Virus record (IMG/VR): IMGVR_UViG_3300045988_060257
Length of the DNA stretch: 40,786 nt
Strand: one strand, 5' to 3'
Source of the DNA: a virus
Position 1 is the stretch's first letter. Every line of letters starts with the position of its first letter. Positions 35,638 to 40,786 of the stretch are shown piece by piece. The notes beneath the pieces are model-generated. The model had not been told where the DNA came from. It did no database searches and saw nothing but the letters and a program-made list of their open reading frames with translations. A program made the position numbers and the translations under genes.

Positions 35638-36702
35638 TTTTACAATCTCATCAAAGACGTTTTCAAGGTTGTTTGCAATCGCTCTGTCCTGTCCATTGAT
35701 CGCATGAGAATATACCCCGTAGGTGTCCATGTTTCGGCTGTGTCCTACAGTCTGTTTCAGCTGCCCCATCGGCAGGTTTGCCGCAATGCTGACGAATGTG
35801 TGCCGCAGCTCGTACAAGGTGCATTTTGTAATGCCGTTTGCCTCGCAGTATCGCTCCCACCCCCGCCGGACGTTCCGTTCTTCCTCTTGGATGAACACCC
35901 GTTGCTGCATTCCGGTCAACTCTTTCTGTGCTTCCAGCTCGGCCATCGACCGCGCCGACAGCACGACAGCGCGCGGTGCATTTTCGTTTTTCCCTCTTGT
36001 TTCCCTTTTATATATAGTAACTGATCTGTGTATCAATGCTTTCCCGTCCTGGATGTCGCCCCATTCAAGGCCCAGCAGCTCGCCGGGCCTCATCCCGGTA
36101 AACACTGCCAGCCGGTAATAATGGATGCGTTCATCCGGCACCCTGCGCCCTCTGTATAAGGTAGTATCCACGTTTAAAAGCGTCACAATGTCAGACGGTT
36201 GCAGGATGGTCCGATCTTTATAGCGCGCCCCATCTGGTACATGCAGGTCTTCCGGCTCAAATGTGGACCATCCAGACCGACGGCAGAACTTGAAGAAAGC
36301 CCGGAGATCACCTGCTATATTCTTGATTGTTTTCTTGCTCCGGCCAGCAGCAAAAGCGTCATCAAGGATGTTCTGCACTGTCTGCTCTGTGATTGCAGTC
36401 AATCGCTTGGTTCCGATTCTCGGCCCTATCCAGGCATTATACCGGCCCTGCATGGGCTTCCAGTTTCCCTCAGATGATACTTTCATCTGCCGTGTCATAA
36501 ACTCAGCGTAAGCCGCCTCTACGGTATAGGTTCGCGTCTGCAATCCCTTTTCCAGCCAGTCATCCGCCTTCTTGTTTGCTTCCCTCTGGCCGGTTCTTCC
36601 AGGCTTGGCGCTGGTAAAGGTTTTGCGCACGCCGTCTTTCTGCACGTTTATCTGCCAGCGCTGGGCAGATTCAATCCATCTCGCTGTATTTGTTCTTTTC
36701 AT
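35623..36702 (-). CDS. int: tyrosine recombinase (phage integrase)
   Basis: The C-terminal catalytic region contains LRHTFVS...GHSRNMDTYGVYSH, and the N-terminus has a SAM-like domain. It is adjacent to attP. Confidence 0.85.
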   Translation of the reverse strand: MKRTNTARWIESAQRWQINVQKDGVRKTFTSAKPGRTGQREANKKADDWLEKGLQTRTYTVEAAYAEFMTRQMKVSSEGNWKPMQGRYNAWIGPRIGTKRLTAITEQTVQNILDDAFAAGRSKKTIKNIAGDLRAFFKFCRRSGWSTFEPEDLHVPDGARYKDRTILQPSDIVTLLNVDTTLYRGRRVPDERIHYYRLAVFTGMRPGELLGLEWGDIQDGKALIHRSVTIYKRETRGKNENAPRAVVLSARSMAELEAQKELTGMQQRVFIQEEERNVRRGWERYCEANGITKCTLYELRHTFVSIAANLPMGQLKQTVGHSRNMDTYGVYSHAINGQDRAIANNLENVFDEIVKSTHF

Positions 36703-36735
36703 ATTGCGGCTCCTTTTTTTGTGTGTTATAATAAT

Positions 36736-36760
36736 GCCGTCAACTTTTTATGTTGACGGC
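36736..36760 (-). terminator. hairpin GCCGTCAAC-TTTTTAT-GTTGACGGC, possible terminator insulating int from upstream minus-strand genes
   Basis: Perfect 9-bp stem. On the minus strand it is followed by ATTATTAT. Confidence 0.4.
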
Positions 36761-36766
36761 TCTTTG

Positions 36767-36808
36767 CCCTTGTCGGTGGTACGAACACCGGCAGGGGCTT
36801 TTTTGTTT
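36767..36808 (+). terminator. plus-strand intrinsic terminator with no plus-strand gene upstream
   Basis: 12-bp stem CCCTTGTCGGTG/CACCGGCAGGGG followed by CTTTTTTGTTT. Confidence 0.5.
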
Positions 36809-37101
36809 AGTAGCGGATAAAACCAACAGACCCAATGCAAATATCAATAAGTTGTCGATATTGGTCATTTACAGCCTTTGACAAAAAGCATATTGTGGGT
36901 GCAGTACAATTTTGGTCAAGGGGGCAGACAAATGGAAAGGCTGGTAAACAAGCCGCCGTCCCATCATGGGCGGAAGCGACAAAAAAAGTTGTTGTCAAGT
37001 GCTGAAAATCCGATATATAGGACAGCAAAGACTTGACAAGTAAGAATTTTTGTGAAAGTGTTGAAATACAACTGCGAGTTGTGTAAAATACAATCAACGG
37101 T

Positions 37102-38007
37102 TTATTTGGAAAACAATCTATTGCAATCTATTTTGTAAGATTTTAGAACCCTCTGCGCAATCCCATCTTTTCCAAAAATGTAGGATGTTACAATACCTGC
37201 GGCATCTATCGCAGTAACAGTTGGGGTTTCAACAAGCATCCTACCGTATCTTTCTTTTGCCATATCAAAAATTTGTTCTTCAGTAAAGCCAGCGTTTTTT
37301 TGGGCTTTCTTTAGTTCCTGCATAATTCCAGGAGCTATAAAAGGATATTGGCAATTCATATCATAAAAAGGTATTTCAAGTAGCATAGAAAAAGCCGTTT
37401 CAAACTTTTTTTCGTCTACCAAAAACTCATACATAGAATATCGTAAATCACGACATTTTTTGGGAGACGAAATTGCTCCCATGTATAGTTTATTGTATTT
37501 CTCCCATATTAAATCCCGATACGGGATGTCTCTTCGAGCGTTTACGGCGCGGCAAAACTCTGACAAGGAAAAAGTAGCACGAGCGTAAGTTTTTCTGTGC
37601 CAAAAATAAACATATTCGTTATTTTTTATTTCTTCTTTTCCTTTTTCGGTCAATTTCCCGTTTTTGGCAAAACCCATTGATTCCAATTTTTTGATTATAG
37701 GCCAAACGTCATCAACACCATAATCATAATGCCAGAACTTTGCAACAGGCTTTCCACTGGAATATTTCTCTAAATAAGAAAGCATTAAAATTTCTGTTGG
37801 CTTCAGGCCGTTTTTGTCTGCAAGATCATCAGCGGAAAGCGCCAAGAAATACTCATTTGCACGCTCTTCCTGCTCTGCGTGCCGCTTTTCTGCTTGCGCT
37901 TTGCAGTAATTAGTGTATTGCTTTGCAATTTCATCTTTAGTCGGCTCATGTGTAGTTATGGAAACATTTACTTTTGGTTTCGGCTTCAAAAAGTCAAAAA
38001 AGCCCAT
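37102..38007 (-). CDS. AT-rich orphan protein (301 aa) in the lysogeny module
   Basis: Long ORF, co-oriented with the repressor and 75 nt downstream of it. Markedly AT-rich. I recognise no family. Confidence 0.6.
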   Translation of the reverse strand: MGFFDFLKPKPKVNVSITTHEPTKDEIAKQYTNYCKAQAEKRHAEQEERANEYFLALSADDLADKNGLKPTEILMLSYLEKYSSGKPVAKFWHYDYGVDDVWPIIKKLESMGFAKNGKLTEKGKEEIKNNEYVYFWHRKTYARATFSLSEFCRAVNARRDIPYRDLIWEKYNKLYMGAISSPKKCRDLRYSMYEFLVDEKKFETAFSMLLEIPFYDMNCQYPFIAPGIMQELKKAQKNAGFTEEQIFDMAKERYGRMLVETPTVTAIDAAGIVTSYIFGKDGIAQRVLKSYKIDCNRLFSK

Positions 38008-38082
38008 AGTATCACAACCTTATTTGATTGGAGGAATCAGCAATGACAGACACAGAAAAACTTATAAAAATTATTTCAGAAT

Positions 38083-38448
38083 TTACGCCTGATCAGATGA
38101 CCGATTTTGTAACTGCTGCGCAAGATTTAATAGAGCGCTTGCAAGCTGAGGGTTCTCTTGGCAAAGAGAAATAATTTTTTGTACATCTTGCGGCAAACCA
38201 GATACTAGCCCATCGCCTTGTGCGGTGGGCTTTTTTTCGTTTTTGAAATCCCCGGTCAGGTCGGCAACGGTGACTCCTAGCAAACTGGCAACATCGGCTA
38301 GCATGTGTTCTGGCAAATCGCGCCCGTTTGCTAGCATTTCAGACAAATAGCCCCGACTTTTTCCGAGCTCTGTACTAATATGCGTGAAGGCAATTCCTTT
38401 TTTCTTTGCTATTTTCTTGGCTTTTTCCACGTATCGCACACAAATCAC
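38083..38448 (-). CDS. CI-like XRE-family repressor
   Basis: GTG start. The HTH is IAFTHISTELGKSRGYLSEMLANGRDLPEHMLADVASLLGVTV. It is divergent from cro. Confidence 0.75.
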   Translation of the reverse strand: MICVRYVEKAKKIAKKKGIAFTHISTELGKSRGYLSEMLANGRDLPEHMLADVASLLGVTVADLTGDFKNEKKPTAQGDGLVSGLPQDVQKIISLCQENPQLASALLNLAQQLQNRSSDQA

Positions 38449-38498
38449 ACCGTTTCTTTGTGCATATTGCTAATTCGCTAGAAAATGCTAGAAAGCTA

Positions 38499-38527
38499 TT
38501 TACATCTAGCATAAATGCTAGTATAAT
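38499..38527 (+). promoter_or_regulatory. early rightward promoter TTTACA-17-TATAAT with the operator palindrome CTAGCAT-AA-ATGCTAG (38506-38521) in the spacer
   Basis: Read directly from the sequence. Related GCTAGAAA half-sites lie at 38477-38484, 38487-38494, 38642-38649 (ACTAGAAA) and, inverted, at 38626-38633. Confidence 0.65.
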
Positions 38528-38663
38528 AGATAGCACAGAGGGCAACAAAAAACCAAGCCCCCTAAAATTCAGCGGACTAGCTAAAAATATGCTGTTATAA
38601 ATCTCGCAAGTTCATAGTAGCATATTTTCTAGCAATAGTCAACTAGAAAGGAGCTTTTGCTAG

Positions 38664-38858
38664 GTGAATATTTCGAAAATTGATGCACTGTGCCGAAAAA
38701 ACAATATTTCCCGCACAATCCTTGAGGAACGCGCCGGAATCTCAAACGGCGCACTTGGCAAGTGGGAGAAATCGCCTTACGGCCCCAGCATCACGACGCT
38801 AAAGAAAGTGGCTGATTATTTCGGCGTGCCGGTTGATTATTTGCTAGCCGATAACTAG
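38664..38858 (+). CDS. Cro-like XRE-family HTH protein
   Basis: GTG after AAAGGAG. ISRTILEERAGISNGALGKWEKS...LKKVADYFGVPVDYLL. Confidence 0.75.
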   Translation: MNISKIDALCRKNNISRTILEERAGISNGALGKWEKSPYGPSITTLKKVADYFGVPVDYLLADN

Positions 38859-38876
38859 AAAGGAGGAGTAACCACC

Positions 38877-39176
38877 ATGACAAGCCTCGCCTTTACCGCC
38901 TTTATCAAAACCAAAGGCTATACCACCAAAGGTGCGCTGGCTGATGCCTGCGGCATGGACCGCACCGTCTTTTGTGACCGATGCCGGGGCCGCTCTCCCT
39001 GGCTCTGGAAAGAAGCCTGCAAGGTTTGTTCCGTGCTGGACATCTCCCTGGACGACTTTGCCGCCTACTTCCCCGCCGCCGCCGTCCGCCGGTCAACCCC
39101 CGTCAAGCCCAAATCCGACCGCGAACAGCTGGCCGACGCGCTGCAGCTTGCCGCTGACCTCCTCAAAAAAGCGTAG
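38877..39176 (+). CDS. hypothetical early protein (possible HTH)
   Basis: RBS AAAGGAGG. 99-aa ORF. Confidence 0.5.
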   Translation: MTSLAFTAFIKTKGYTTKGALADACGMDRTVFCDRCRGRSPWLWKEACKVCSVLDISLDDFAAYFPAAAVRRSTPVKPKSDREQLADALQLAADLLKKA

Positions 39177-39513
39177 GAATTGCTTGGAAAGGCGGAGCAA
39201 AGGAAAAGCCATGCTTGCCCATGCAATGGCAAGGCTATGCGATGCTATGAAAGGCAATGGCGATGCTCTGAAAGGCAATGGCGATGCGCAGCTTGGAAAG
39301 GAATGGAGTTGCATTGGAAAAGCACCGTTTAGCATTGTTTTGCAATAGCAAAGAGATGTATGGAGCAGCAAAGGCACAGCTACGCAGAGCACAGCAGTGG
39401 CAAAGCAGGGCGTAGAAGGGCACCGCAAAGGCGTAGCATTTCATTGCGACGCGACGGCAAAGCAAAGACTTGAAGAGCAACCGTAATTTATCAATTAGAA
39501 AGGACGACCACAA
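39177..39513 (+). repeat. purine-rich degenerate repeat tract with GC dinucleotides phased every 5-6 nt
   Basis: GC starts at 39365, 368, 374, 379, 384, 389, 394, 400, 405, 410, 420, 425, 431 and 436. GCAAAG occurs 7 times. C occurs almost only after G. Confidence 0.8.
39246..39287 (+). repeat. 2 x 21-bp tandem repeat T(A/C)TGAAAGGCAATGGCGATGC
   Basis: 39246-39266 and 39267-39287 differ at one position. Degenerate copies flank them. Confidence 0.9.
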
Positions 39514-40119
39514 ATGAAAATCCGTATCACTTTAACCGAAGAGGTTTTAGGTTCCAGCCCCAGCAATGAGGAGCTGCTGGCCGCTTACATCGCCAGCAAG
39601 GCCCCCACCGATGACCTGACCGCGCAGGAAGTCGACAACATCAAAGCGCAGGCGGCAGAGGAAAGAACGACCATTTTTCCCAAGACTGCCGACGGAACGC
39701 CGTTCATCTACGATTATCAGATCAAGGGCATGTTTAAGGACAGCTGCAAGGCCCTTGCCACTGCCGGTAAGGCAGGCTATCCGGGCGGCAAGCACTGTGC
39801 CGCGTTGAAAGCCTACAAGAAAGCCATTGACGGCCTGATTTTCGTTTCCCCGCGTGAGATTCCATACAACCTTCACGGCCTAAAGATGGGCTTCTGTGAG
39901 CGCCCCCTGCGCGCACAGACCCCGATGGGTGAGCGCGTCAGCATCGCCAAGAGCGAGAGCGTGCCCGCCGGAGCAACCGCAGAATTTGAAATCGAATGCC
40001 TGGATGAAAAGCTGGAAGATATGGTACGCGAATGTTTGGACTACGGCGCAAAGCGCGGCTTGGGCCAGTGGCGCAACTCCGGCAAGGGCCGCTTTGAATG
40101 GGAGGAAGTAAAAGAATGA
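39514..40119 (+). CDS. hypothetical protein with RAMP/Cas7-like motif order (tentative)
   Basis: RBS GAAAGGA. KIRITLTEEVLGSSPSN ... PFIYDYQIKGMFKDS ... RPLRAQTPMGERVSIAKSESVPAGATAEFEIEC ... GLGQWRNSGKGRFEW (glycine-rich loop). Confidence 0.35.
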   Translation: MKIRITLTEEVLGSSPSNEELLAAYIASKAPTDDLTAQEVDNIKAQAAEERTTIFPKTADGTPFIYDYQIKGMFKDSCKALATAGKAGYPGGKHCAALKAYKKAIDGLIFVSPREIPYNLHGLKMGFCERPLRAQTPMGERVSIAKSESVPAGATAEFEIECLDEKLEDMVRECLDYGAKRGLGQWRNSGKGRFEWEEVKE

Positions 40120-40361
40120 TGGCGACAGCAACAAAAAAACGCCGCCCCTGTGCTGGCACACAGAGACGGCAGAACGAACAGAGCATCGCAAAAAGCTCTA
40201 ACTATATTCTATCACTTACCAGTGCTGCCGTCAAGCTGGCAATCACCGCAGATTTGGTGCTGCTTCTGGCAGCGCTCGGCAGCCTGAACATTCCCGTAAC
40301 CATCCTCGCACTGCTGGCCCTGAATCCGCTGTGCGGCAATCTTTTGGAGGCAACCAGATGA
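40116..40361 (+). CDS. small membrane protein
   Basis: ATGA overlap with the upstream stop. Basic N-terminus, then hydrophobic LAITADLVLLLAALGSLNIPVTILALLAL. Confidence 0.5.
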   Translation: MMATATKKRRPCAGTQRRQNEQSIAKSSNYILSLTSAAVKLAITADLVLLLAALGSLNIPVTILALLALNPLCGNLLEATR

Positions 40362-40786
40362 AAGCATATAAAGGATTTGATAAAGACCTGAAATGCAAAG
40401 ATTTCCAGTATGAAATCGGCAAGACCTACGAGGAACCCACCGCCGAACTGTGCGAGAAAGGCTTTCACGCCTGCGAGTACCCGTTGGATGTATTTGAATA
40501 CTACGCCCCCGGCAACATGAGCCGCTACTGTGAGGTGGATTTGGACGATGTGAGCGATAAAAAAAGCAACAAAGATAGCAAGCGCTGCGGCAAAAAGATT
40601 GCTGTGAAAGCAGAAATCGGCATTGCTGGGCTTGTAAAAGCTGCCGTTAAGTACACGATGGAGAAAGCCATCCCGGAAAACTCCAAACATGCTACAGGCT
40701 GGCGGGGCGCGGCATCTGCTACAGGCTGGCAGGGCGCGGCATCTGCTACAGGCACTCAGGGCGCGGCATCTGCTACAGGCACTCAG
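40358..40786 (+). CDS. 5' part of the wrap-around DUF7666-like repeat protein (continues at 2..262)
   Basis: ATGA overlap with the upstream stop. KAYKGFDKDLKCKDFQYEIGKTYEE...GFHACEYPLDVFEYY. There is no stop before the window end. Confidence 0.8.
   Translation, partial: MKAYKGFDKDLKCKDFQYEIGKTYEEPTAELCEKGFHACEYPLDVFEYYAPGNMSRYCEVDLDDVSDKKSNKDSKRCGKKIAVKAEIGIAGLVKAAVKYTMEKAIPENSKHATGWRGAASATGWQGAASATGTQGAASATGTQ
40691..40786 (+). repeat. 27-bp in-frame tandem repeats (3.5 units here, continuing at nt 1)
   Basis: GCTACAGGC-NNNNNN-GGCGCGGCATCT units encode ATG(WR/WQ/TQ)GAAS. Confidence 0.9.

Noticed and set aside
35485-36024. 179-aa + strand ORF that starts in the attP core and runs antisense through int.
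   Set aside because: It overlaps the tRNA fragment and the well-supported integrase gene, and has no RBS.
36807-37097. 96-aa minus-strand ORF and a 34-aa + strand ORF (36932..37036) in the int-orphan gene spacer.
   Set aside because: The region is AT-rich, the translations are low-complexity, and I recognise no motifs. The coding signal is too weak to report as features.
38043-38174. 43-aa + strand ORF (MTDTEKLIKIISEFTPDQMTDFVTAAQDLIERLQAEGSLGKEK) with a GGAGGA RBS, antisense to the 3' end of the repressor gene.
   Set aside because: It overlaps the uninterrupted repressor frame, whose N-terminal HTH is clear, and convergent full overlap is unlikely. It is kept only as a curiosity, because both strands encode plausible helices. 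Ribosome profiling could revisit it.
39246-39287. The 21-bp tandem repeat, considered as a mini CRISPR array.
   Set aside because: The two units abut with no unique spacers, they are shorter than CRISPR repeats, and no cas genes are present.
1-40786. Scan for reverse transcriptase (DGR or retron), transposase or IS ends, cas genes, rRNA, and toxin genes with clear motifs.
   Set aside because: None was recognisable in any frame by eye. The only mobile-type elements are the two HNH genes, the intron, the 244-bp cassette and the integrase.

Overview
The window looks like a complete, circularly closed genome (about 40.75 kb) of a temperate siphovirus-type phage from a Gram-positive, Clostridia-like host. 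The first 34 nt equal the last 34 nt, and one CDS runs across the junction. Genes are tightly packed and almost all on the + strand, many with ATGA/GTGA start-stop overlaps. In window order: early recombination/replication genes (ERF annealase, NinB-like, NinG-like, free-standing HNH, SSB, replisome organizer, DnaB, RusA); a run of small Cys-rich early genes (Lar-like, DUF6273-like, HicB/DUF551 fusion); a RinA/DUF1492-like late activator; an 836-nt protein-free structured region with a tRNA-like element; then terS, terL, portal, a MuF-metalloprotease fusion, scaffold, N4-gp56-type capsid, neck genes, major tail and G/GT chaperones. The tape measure gene is split by an HNH-carrying group I intron. 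It is followed by baseplate/fibre genes (one fibre has an SGNH esterase domain), an M23+GH25 endolysin, holins, a post-lysis accessory cluster of odd low-complexity proteins, attP (a tRNA 3' fragment flanked by decamer arm repeats), integrase, an AT-rich orphan gene, a CI-like repressor, the switch region, cro, a GC-phased purine-rich repeat tract, a RAMP/Cas7-like ORF and a repeat protein. No rRNA, CRISPR array, transposase or reverse transcriptase was seen. All product calls come from motif recognition by eye, not from database searches.
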